From positions 3,780,001 through 3,812,000 of the forward strand of contig NC_009925.1 in assembly GCF_000018105.1 (NCBI RefSeq): 32,000 nucleotides of DNA, in the 5' to 3' direction. Both the position numbers and the translations under genes were made by a program. Below the pieces are notes generated by a model that made no database searches, was not told where the DNA came from, and saw only the letters and a program-made list of their open reading frames with translations. This document shows, piece after piece, positions 8,674 to 16,546 of the stretch. Position 1 is the first letter of the stretch. Each line of letters opens with the position of its first letter. The stretch comes from Acaryochloris marina MBIC11017. Lineage in GTDB: Bacteria > Cyanobacteriota > Cyanobacteriia > Thermosynechococcales > Thermosynechococcaceae.

Positions 8674-9102
8674 TTAGTCAGCTTTAGCATCGACCGCATA
8701 TTGTTTGAGATCCTCAAGGGAGACATGCTCCAGGGCCATGGCATGGGTGGCGGCTAACTTCACGGGGGGCGCGACACCTGCTTCTAAAGCTTGTTGCCAG
8801 CGAGAGGCACATAAACACCAGCAGTCACCGGGCTTCAGACCAGGGAACCCATAAATGGGAGCTGGACTACTTAAATCATTGCCTTGAGCTTGGGTATAGG
8901 CCAAAAACTCAGCGGTAACTTGGGCGCAGACAATATGAGCCCCCATATCTCCGGCGCCAGTATTACACTTTCCATCCCGATAAAATCCCGTCATGGGCGA
9001 AGTGCAGCAAATCTGTAAGGGGCCTCCCAGTACATTGGTGGCTTCTGTCTTCATGGCTTTTGTCATTCCCTTTGCTCCAACAGCCTGGCTTAGACAAACC
9101 AT
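8674..9102 (-). CDS. DUF2237-family protein
   Basis: NVLGGPLQICCTSPMTGFYRDGKCNTG...HIVCAQVTAEFL...PGLKPGDCWCLCASRW matches my recollection of the DUF2237 Cys-rich pattern. The true start may be an internal Met at 9066 or 9054. Confidence 0.75.
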   Translation of the reverse strand: MVCLSQAVGAKGMTKAMKTEATNVLGGPLQICCTSPMTGFYRDGKCNTGAGDMGAHIVCAQVTAEFLAYTQAQGNDLSSPAPIYGFPGLKPGDCWCLCASRWQQALEAGVAPPVKLAATHAMALEHVSLEDLKQYAVDAKAD

Positions 9103-9613
9103 AGCAGGTCCTCTCTTCTCAGGTAAAAAAGTTCAGGGCCGAGACCTCAAGAAAGAGTGTGGAGATCGTGAATGCATAAAAATCGTAAAATTAGTAGATA
9201 AGTTAGTAACGATTTTAGGAAAAAATGAGTTATATACTCTCTTCTATCTTGTGCTTATATGAGGTCTGCAATTAATAGCTTAAAATCGCTATAGTTAAAT
9301 ATCTATATTAGTTCTAGCTTTTTGTCTGTAAATCATGATTTTATTAAAAATTTCTATGAGTTAGTAGAAGAAGGTCGAAATATTCTCTTTATAAAAATAT
9401 TTATTGTGTTGGATTTTTGGCATATAAGGAATCGATTTGGGCTGGGCTAAAGAATGAATAACTCAGTCTTTGCAGTAGCCGTTAAATATCTGCAGAATGA
9501 GTCAAGAAAGACAACGGCAGCGTCAGGGCTCACCCTTGTGAGTTGATCAAGCAAACCGTTTAGGGTACTTGCCCTGAGAGAAGTGATGGAGAAACAGGCA
9601 TTTGGCAATCGGT

Positions 9614-11227
9614 ATGGGAATGCAGCGCAGACAGTTTTTACGCTTTGGGGGCACAGTCTTGCTGACCCTCGTGGCTTCTCCCAGGTCCTTCGCGAAATCC
9701 GTTGATGACATTCGCAAAATCGCCCGACAGATCACCGTCAAAATCCTGACTCAAGGGCCGTCTGGGTCGGGGATCTTGATTCAGAAAAAGGGGCCTATCT
9801 ATACGGTGCTGACAGCCGCCCATGTGATCAAAAATTCAAATCGTGGGGAAGAAGCCTATGCCATGACGAGTGATGGTGAGAATCACTTGCTGGATACCCA
9901 AGCCATGAAGACTGGCTCTAACTTAGATCTTGCGATCGCAACCTTCTACAGCAATAAAACCTATGGCGTGACTGATGTCGGTCAATTTAAAGCCCTCGAT
10001 ATTTTGGATGAAATCTATGTGGGAGGGTATCCCTTAGCGGATCAAGGTATATCCGTCTCGACGATCACGCTGACTCGGGGAGAGGTCGCTTCGATTGGCC
10101 CCTTTGAGGATGGCTATGGGTTTTCCTATACTGCGGTAACCAAAGCGGGGATGAGTGGTGGTCCCATCCTCAATCAGGCGGGCCAGCTTATCGGCGTTCA
10201 TGGTCGAGCAGCAGGACAGCGATTGAAACAGTTTCGGCTCAAGGACGGCCTGAATTTGGGGATTCCCATCGACACCGCCATCGAGGTATTTGGGTTGAAG
10301 ACCCTCGCCCCAACGGTGGCGCAACCTGACGAACCGGAGCCTCAATCGGCTGAGACGGATCCGCCAGAGGAAGAGCCTTCCAGTCCTTCACCAGATTCCC
10401 CTTTGGTGAGCTTCACCTTTGAAGTGCTGGGGGTCAATGACAAAGGCCAGGTGCGTAAACGGATGCAACAGTCGGCCCAATCTTATCGCCAACCCCTGGT
10501 GGGTGGAGTGGCCTTGGAGATGGTGGCTATTCCCGGGGGACAGTTCACGATGGGCTCGCCAGTAACCGAAACCCATCGTGAGAAAAACGAAGATCCGAAA
10601 CATGTTGTGGATGTCCCGGCGTTTTTGATGGGGAAGTATCCCATTACCCAAGCCCAGTGGCAGGCCATTATGGGGGACAATCCCTCTAAGTTTCAGGGGG
10701 CCAATCATCCCGTCGATCAAGTTAGCTGGTTTTTAGCGGAAGAGTTTTGCCAGAAACTGTCTTTGGCGACGGGGCAAGACTATCGGCTGCCCAGTGAAGC
10801 CGAATGGGAATATGCCGCCCGAGCGGGTACCGATACCCCGTTTCACTTCGGTCAGACCATCACCACCGATCTGGCCAATTATGATGGCAATTACGCCTAT
10901 GACAAAGGCCCCAAGGGCACCTTCAGAAAAAAGACGGTTCCGGTGGACCAGTTGGCCGGGAATGCCTTTGGGTTGTTCAATATGCATGGTCAGGTTTGGG
11001 AATGGTGTCTAGACCATTGGCATGACACCTATGACGGTGCGCCTAGGGATGGTACGGCCTGGGTTGAGCAGGGTGACCCAAAAATGCGCCGAGTGCGGCG
11101 AGGCGGATCCTGGTATGACAGTCCCCATGCCTGCCGATCTGCATTTCGCTACCGATCCTATCCCTATGCCTATACGGGGTCTTTTGGTTTGCGCGTGGTT
11201 CTGCCTGCCCTAAATCAAACGGTGTAG
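9614..11227 (+). CDS. Tat-signal trypsin-like serine protease fused to a C-terminal FGE-like (SUMF1/EgtB/PvdO-fold) domain, paralog 1
   Basis: Signal peptide MGMQRRQFLRFGGTVLLTLVASPRSFA. Chymotrypsin-fold triad: TAAHV (His codon 9821-9823), DLAIA (Asp 9926-9928), GMSGGP (Ser 10154-10156). A Pro/Glu-rich linker follows. The FGE-like domain has LEMVAIPGGQFTMGS, RLPSEAEWEYAARAG and RRGGSW. The track start at 9602 is TTG; I chose ATG 9614 by homology to paralog 2. Confidence 0.9.
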   Translation: MGMQRRQFLRFGGTVLLTLVASPRSFAKSVDDIRKIARQITVKILTQGPSGSGILIQKKGPIYTVLTAAHVIKNSNRGEEAYAMTSDGENHLLDTQAMKTGSNLDLAIATFYSNKTYGVTDVGQFKALDILDEIYVGGYPLADQGISVSTITLTRGEVASIGPFEDGYGFSYTAVTKAGMSGGPILNQAGQLIGVHGRAAGQRLKQFRLKDGLNLGIPIDTAIEVFGLKTLAPTVAQPDEPEPQSAETDPPEEEPSSPSPDSPLVSFTFEVLGVNDKGQVRKRMQQSAQSYRQPLVGGVALEMVAIPGGQFTMGSPVTETHREKNEDPKHVVDVPAFLMGKYPITQAQWQAIMGDNPSKFQGANHPVDQVSWFLAEEFCQKLSLATGQDYRLPSEAEWEYAARAGTDTPFHFGQTITTDLANYDGNYAYDKGPKGTFRKKTVPVDQLAGNAFGLFNMHGQVWEWCLDHWHDTYDGAPRDGTAWVEQGDPKMRRVRRGGSWYDSPHACRSAFRYRSYPYAYTGSFGLRVVLPALNQTV

Positions 11228-11347
11228 AGGACTGGCTTTGGGGAGAGAATGCGCTAATATCCGTATCACCCTTCTAATCCGAGACATTCCCAAATAGAGC
11301 GGATACAGTAGGAATAAGGGTTTTGCAGCGTATTGATATAGGTTGGA

Positions 11348-12967
11348 ATGGGCATCAAGCGTCGACAGTTTTTGTGGTTCGGGGGGACTGCTGTAATCAG
11401 CTTGGCCTCGTCCCAATGGTCTTTCGCCAAATCAGTTCGGGATATTCGCCAAATTGCCCGTCACATTACCGTTCGCATTATGACCCAAGGCCCTTCTGGC
11501 TCCGGGGTGTTAATCAAGCGAAATGACAATATCTACACCGTACTGACGGCGGCCCATGTGATCAAAAACTCCAACCGGGGTGAGGAAGCCTATGTGGAAA
11601 CCTATGACGGTGAAACCCATCTCCTCAATACCCAAATGATGCAGGTGGATGTCAAAGCGGATATTGCGATCGCAACCTTCACTTCCAGCAACAACTATCG
11701 CACCACCAACATTGGCAAGTTTAAAGACCTGGGCATTTTGGATGACATTTATGTCGGTGGTTATCCCCTAGCCGATCAGGCCATTTCCGTCTCCACCATG
11801 ACCCTAACTCGGGGCGAAGTGGCCTCCATTGGTGAATTTGAGGATGGCTATGGGTTTTCCTACACGGCCGTCACCAAGGCAGGCATGAGCGGTGGCCCAG
11901 TGTTAGATCGCGAAGGTCGCCTAATTGGGATTCATGGTCGGGCGGCGGGACAGCGCTTACAAGACGTGCGGATTAAAGATGGTTTGAATTTAGGGATTCC
12001 GATCTCAACTGCGATCGCAACCTTTGGTCTCGACAATCAGTACCGGCCCCTGACCGCTGAGCAACCGGATACATCTGAACCCCAGACCTCTGAACCCTCT
12101 GAACCGGAGTCCACCCAAGCGCCACCGGAGGAGACTCTGCCCGGCCTCTCTCGGTTTGCCTTTGAAGTGGTGGCAGTGAATGCCCAAGGTCAAATCCAAA
12201 CCCGCAGCCGTCAGTCTGCCCAATATTATCGCCAGCAGCTAAAACAAGATCAGACCCTGGATATGGTCTATATCCCTGGGGGAAAATTTAGTATGGGCTC
12301 TCCGGCAACGGAAGCCAATCGTCAAGGCAGTGAAGGTCCCCAACACCTGGTCACAGTTCCCACCTTTTTTATTGGCAAATATCCGATTACCCAAGCCCAA
12401 TGGCAGGCCGTGATGGGGGAGAATCCGGCCAAGTTTCAGGGGGCAGATCGTCCCGTCGAGCAAGTGAGCTGGCAGGCCGCGACGGAGTTTTGCCAAAAAC
12501 TATCGGAACTCACGGGCCAGGACTATCGTTTACCCAGCGAAGCAGAATGGGAATATGCTGCTCGTGCCGGGACTAGCGCACCCTTCTGTGTGGGGGCTAC
12601 CCTGACCACGGACTTAGCCAACTACGACGGCAACTATACCTATGGTCGCGGTCCGCGGGGCACCTTTCGCAAGGCCACAACTCCCGTTGGTCAATTTTCA
12701 CCCAACCCCTTTGGTCTTTATGACATGCATGGCCAGGTCTGGGAATGGTGTCAAGATCATTGGCATGACACCTACAAAGGGGCACCTGCGGATGGATCGG
12801 CCTGGGTGAAGGATACGGATGTGCGATCGCACCGAGTCAGACGAGGAGGATCTTGGTACGACGGTCCCCATGCCTGCCGGTCCGCCTTTCGCTATCGGTC
12901 ATTACCGAGTAACTATCAAAACTCCTATGGCCTGAGAGTGGTCTGCCAAGAGTTTAAGGATATTTAG
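11348..12967 (+). CDS. Tat-signal trypsin-like serine protease fused to a C-terminal FGE-like domain, paralog 2
   Basis: Signal peptide MGIKRRQFLWFGGTAVISLASSQWSFA. The protein is collinear with paralog 1 over its full length, sharing TAAHV, DIAIA, GMSGGP, a Pro/Glu linker, LDMVYIPGGKFSMGS, RLPSEAEWEYAARAG and RRGGSW. Confidence 0.9.
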   Translation: MGIKRRQFLWFGGTAVISLASSQWSFAKSVRDIRQIARHITVRIMTQGPSGSGVLIKRNDNIYTVLTAAHVIKNSNRGEEAYVETYDGETHLLNTQMMQVDVKADIAIATFTSSNNYRTTNIGKFKDLGILDDIYVGGYPLADQAISVSTMTLTRGEVASIGEFEDGYGFSYTAVTKAGMSGGPVLDREGRLIGIHGRAAGQRLQDVRIKDGLNLGIPISTAIATFGLDNQYRPLTAEQPDTSEPQTSEPSEPESTQAPPEETLPGLSRFAFEVVAVNAQGQIQTRSRQSAQYYRQQLKQDQTLDMVYIPGGKFSMGSPATEANRQGSEGPQHLVTVPTFFIGKYPITQAQWQAVMGENPAKFQGADRPVEQVSWQAATEFCQKLSELTGQDYRLPSEAEWEYAARAGTSAPFCVGATLTTDLANYDGNYTYGRGPRGTFRKATTPVGQFSPNPFGLYDMHGQVWEWCQDHWHDTYKGAPADGSAWVKDTDVRSHRVRRGGSWYDGPHACRSAFRYRSLPSNYQNSYGLRVVCQEFKDI

Positions 12968-12989
12968 CAGCCCAGATGGCCCCAAAGAA

Positions 12990-15900
12990 CTAACCCACTA
13001 ACTCCGGGGTCTTCTGGTCAATCAATCCTGCTAGGGTATCGAGTAACTCCTGCTCGTTAAAGGGCTTGGAGAAATAAGCCGACGCACCCAAATTCATGGC
13101 CACCTTGCGGTGTTTTTCGTGACTGCGAGAGGTCAGCATCACAATCGGCAAGTCTTCAAACTGAAGTTGGCCTTTGACTTCTTCCAGTACGCCATAGCCA
13201 TCCAAGCGAGGCATTTCAATATCACAAACCACTGCCTGTACAGCTAAGCCGCTTTCCAGTTTGTCCACGGCTTCTTGGCCATCCTTGGCCTGTTCAACCT
13301 GATAGCCCGCTTTTTCTAGGGTCAGGGCTAAGAAACGACGGACATTAACAGAGTCATCCACCACCAGGATGGTATTGTCTGAGCTGACGGAGGGCAGAGA
13401 TTCGATGGGAGGCGTGATGTCGGTTTGTTGTCGTTCCAGGGACCATTTGAGAATGGACAAGGGGTCGAGGATGGGGACCACGCGACCGTCCCCTAAGACA
13501 GTAGAACTTACAAATCCGGGGGGCATGGGTAAGGGGCTGGCGATGTCGCGAATGGTTACTTCCTGTTCACCCCAGAACCGTTCAATTTCTAGGCCACCGA
13601 TCTGGTCATCCTCCCCAACTACGAGAATAGTGGGTTTGTTAATAACCGGAGTCCCGGACATTTCGGAGAATCGGCGGGTTTGATTAAAGGCCCAATGCTG
13701 AGCCAAGTTGATGATGGGAATGGAGCGATCTTGCCAGGTCAACGTGTGAGACGCTTCGATCCTTTGAATTTGGTCTGATTGCAATTGCAAAAGTTCGCAA
13801 ATGCTTTCACTCGGCACCGCAAAGATGAATCCTGAATGCTCGAGCAGCATGACGCGCAAAATTGAGAGGGTATAGGGAACTGAAATGGTGAAGGTGGTGC
13901 CTACACTCTGTTCAGTATGGACCTGAATTTCACCTCGGATGTCGCGAAGATTGTTGCGCACAACATCCATGCCGACGCCGCGTCCAGAGATTTCAGTCAC
14001 TTGGTCCGCTGTACTAAAGCCCGGTTCAAAAATACAGTCTAATAAATCGGCTTCAGAGAGTTGAGAGACTTCCCACTCCGGAATGCCCATGGCCTGCAAA
14101 CGATCACGGACCTTATCAAGGCGAATCCCTGCACCATCATCGCTCAGGGTAATGACTGTTTGTGCCCCTCGATTACGGGCTTGAATCGTAATCGTGCCTT
14201 TTGGCGCTTTGCCAATGGAAGTCCGGCGTTCCTGGCTGCCAATCCCATGATCAAAGGCATTACGAAGTAGATGATTAAGGGCATCTCCTAGGGGGTCCAG
14301 TACTGCTCGGTCAATCAGGGTGGCGTCCCCTTCCATCAACAGGTTGACCGGCTTATTAAACTGAACGCTCAAGTCTCGAATCATCCGGGGAAACCGTTTG
14401 ACGATTTCTCGGAAAGGCACCATCTGGGTGCGGGTGACATTCGTCTGCAATGAGCGGGTGGTTTGGTTAATATCGCGGACCGCCTGACCCATATCCTGTA
14501 GGGTCAGTTCAATATCGGAACCCACCTCTTGTAACTGAACAATCGTTTCGATTTGGTCTTGGGCAATCAGGTGCAAGTCCGTATACTGGTCCATTTCTAG
14601 GGCATCAAATTGCCCGGATCTGGGCTCAGCCAGTTGTTCGGGTTGAGCGGGAGCGGCTTCTTCGGCAGGGACGATGCCTTCCATAGAGGCGCGGTCGTAC
14701 CATTGCTGAAGTTGTGTATTGGAGGCTTCTAACTGACGAATCCGCTGTCGAATCAGTTGGGTGTAGGCTTGCAACTGCTCAAAACGCAAATTGACCGTAT
14801 TCCGATCTAGAATCAACTTCCCAAACAGGGTATTAAATTGCTCCAGTTGTTCCACGGGAACCCGCACCGTTTTACCGCTGAGGGGCTTCACGGGAGCAGC
14901 AGAAGGCTGGGCTGCCGTGGTTTGTTCCAAAATTTGAGCCGCACTCTCCAGGGTTAAGGGGAGATCAGCAACTTCTTCTTTGATTGTTGAGTCTGCCGTA
15001 GATTCAACCAGATCGGAAGTCACTTCAAAGGCCTGCTGTAGATCCGCTAGCTCCACCGAATCCTGCAGATTGGCGAGGGCATCTGCGTTTAACAAGTCTT
15101 CTGGCGCAAAGTCATCAGTAGCGATTTCGGCAGGAAATTCCAGCGCTGGCTCGGGCAACTCGACTGATAAGGCATCGGCTAAGTTGGCGATTGCTGGATC
15201 ATCTAGAGCAATGTTCTCGAAATTGACCGCTTCTGGTGCTTCAGGACCAGGTAGATTCATGGCTAAATCATCCGCTAGATCAGCGACAGCCGAATCCTCA
15301 AGGGCCACATTCTCCAGATTGACCGCTTCTGGTGCTTCAGGACTAGGCAGATCCGTGGCTAAAGCATCCGCTAGATCAGCGACAGCCGGATCATCAAGGG
15401 TAATCTCTTCTAGCGCTTCGGCGTTAGGCAGATCGGTGGCTAGGGCATCTGCTAAGTGGGCAACAGCCGGATCATTAAAATCAAGGTCTTCTATGGGGTC
15501 CGCTTCTATCGATTCAGGATTAGGTAGATCCGTTCCTAAAGCACCTGCGAGATCGGCGACAGGGGCATCCTCTAGGTTAATCTCTCCTGGCAACTCAATG
15601 GTACCAAAGTCAGCTTGCAGAGCTGATAGGTCGACGGAGCCAAGGGCAGTTTCAAAGTCGGCTTCGGGGCTGGAGGCCATCGTTGGCGTAAAGTCCAGCA
15701 GTTCATGGGGGAGCTTCTCGAAACTGCGGCGCAGGACCAGCGCATGGGACCGTCGCCAGGTTTTGAGGGCGGCCATTGAGAGTTCAGGAATCTGCTCCGG
15801 CACGACCTGGGTCGCCAGTTCCTGGATTGATTGGCAGAGCTGAATAAAAGAGTCTAAATTGGCCATATGGCCGAAGGCCACCAATTCTTCGGCGGTCATC

Positions 15901-16457
15901 GCGAGTTCAGCCGCTAGTTGAGGGGCTGGCAAGGTGCCAAAATAGCCTTCAATGCGATCGAGAACAGCTTCCACCCCATCCTCAAACATAAGTAACGCTG
16001 GATCGATTTCCTCTTCGCCACCACTGAGAAGTGCATTTTCGTCTGCATCTGTTACCTCGCCCAAATGGGTCTGCAGTTGGTCGAAGACGGGGGTGATATG
16101 GGCAGCCATCCAGTCAGCATCAATGTCAGCCCCTTGCTGATAGCGATCGCCTACTTGTCGTAAGCAGTCTAAGCCCTGCAACAGGAGGGTTTCTACCTCT
16201 GTTGCGATGATTTTGGAGGCATGGTGTACCCGCAGAATCTTGAAAAAATCTTCCAGACGGTGGGCCACTTTACTCAGATCCATCAGCCCCATCATCGCCG
16301 CCCCCCCTTTGACAGAGTGGGAGGCTCTGAGCGCTTCATCGAGTTGTTCGGGGTCTGCTGCGTTGGTGGCTAGACCCAGCAAAACGCGTTCAATCTTTTC
16401 GTAGCAGTCTTCCGCTTCTTCGAGAAATTTGAACTGGACTTGTTGTTCTTTATCCAT
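12990..16457 (-). CDS. Hybrid CheA-like histidine kinase with a C-terminal receiver (PilL/HmpE/PixL-type)
   Basis: N-terminal Hpt domain (SHSVKGGAAMMG, His47), an acidic repeat linker, and HATPase boxes (NHLLRNAFDHGI, DDGAGI, GRGVGMDVV). A CheW-like P5 domain follows, then the receiver (ILVVDDSVNVRR...VVCDIEMPRLDG...YFSKPF). Confidence 0.93.
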   Translation of the reverse strand: MDKEQQVQFKFLEEAEDCYEKIERVLLGLATNAADPEQLDEALRASHSVKGGAAMMGLMDLSKVAHRLEDFFKILRVHHASKIIATEVETLLLQGLDCLRQVGDRYQQGADIDADWMAAHITPVFDQLQTHLGEVTDADENALLSGGEEEIDPALLMFEDGVEAVLDRIEGYFGTLPAPQLAAELAMTAEELVAFGHMANLDSFIQLCQSIQELATQVVPEQIPELSMAALKTWRRSHALVLRRSFEKLPHELLDFTPTMASSPEADFETALGSVDLSALQADFGTIELPGEINLEDAPVADLAGALGTDLPNPESIEADPIEDLDFNDPAVAHLADALATDLPNAEALEEITLDDPAVADLADALATDLPSPEAPEAVNLENVALEDSAVADLADDLAMNLPGPEAPEAVNFENIALDDPAIANLADALSVELPEPALEFPAEIATDDFAPEDLLNADALANLQDSVELADLQQAFEVTSDLVESTADSTIKEEVADLPLTLESAAQILEQTTAAQPSAAPVKPLSGKTVRVPVEQLEQFNTLFGKLILDRNTVNLRFEQLQAYTQLIRQRIRQLEASNTQLQQWYDRASMEGIVPAEEAAPAQPEQLAEPRSGQFDALEMDQYTDLHLIAQDQIETIVQLQEVGSDIELTLQDMGQAVRDINQTTRSLQTNVTRTQMVPFREIVKRFPRMIRDLSVQFNKPVNLLMEGDATLIDRAVLDPLGDALNHLLRNAFDHGIGSQERRTSIGKAPKGTITIQARNRGAQTVITLSDDGAGIRLDKVRDRLQAMGIPEWEVSQLSEADLLDCIFEPGFSTADQVTEISGRGVGMDVVRNNLRDIRGEIQVHTEQSVGTTFTISVPYTLSILRVMLLEHSGFIFAVPSESICELLQLQSDQIQRIEASHTLTWQDRSIPIINLAQHWAFNQTRRFSEMSGTPVINKPTILVVGEDDQIGGLEIERFWGEQEVTIRDIASPLPMPPGFVSSTVLGDGRVVPILDPLSILKWSLERQQTDITPPIESLPSVSSDNTILVVDDSVNVRRFLALTLEKAGYQVEQAKDGQEAVDKLESGLAVQAVVCDIEMPRLDGYGVLEEVKGQLQFEDLPIVMLTSRSHEKHRKVAMNLGASAYFSKPFNEQELLDTLAGLIDQKTPELVG
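15123..15581 (-). repeat. In-frame tandem repeats (period about 96 bp, 27-32 aa) inside the CheA linker
   Basis: There are five copies of the core D-[PS]-A-[VI]-A-x-L-A-x-x-L-x-x-x-L-P. The 24-mer TTGACCGCTTCTGGTGCTTCAGGA occurs at both 15223-15246 and 15319-15342, exactly 96 bp apart. Confidence 0.85.
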
Positions 16458-16546
16458 AGTGCTGAGGCGATGATAGGTCGCTAATGTCGATGAGGGGCAT
16501 CCTGTATCTCAATCCAGAGGGCTCGAAAGGCAAGCGCTCGAAGGTT

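Noticed and set aside
8993-9262. 89-aa plus-strand ORF spanning the DUF2237 start and the AT-rich spacer
   Set aside because: Its first half is antisense to a well-supported gene, and its second half is AT-rich low-complexity sequence.
9638-12785. Numerous antisense or out-of-frame ORFs of 61-110 aa within the two protease-FGE-like genes
   Set aside because: All are nested in frames that carry clear protease and FGE-like motifs, and none has independent support.
9614-12967. Annotation as genuine formylglycine-generating enzymes serving a sulfatase
   Set aside because: One of the two catalytic cysteines is replaced by Asp in both copies, and no sulfatase gene is present in the window.
15123-15581. 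A CRISPR array or other non-coding tandem repeat
   Set aside because: The repeats are in frame inside a long ORF, have no unique spacers, and translate to a coherent peptide repeat.
14980-15843. 287-aa Ser/Ala-rich ORF on the plus strand
   Set aside because: It lies antisense to the acidic Asp/Ala/Leu/Pro repeats of the CheA linker. The low-complexity composition is the mirror image of those repeats. The minus-strand frame is continuous with recognised Hpt and kinase domains.
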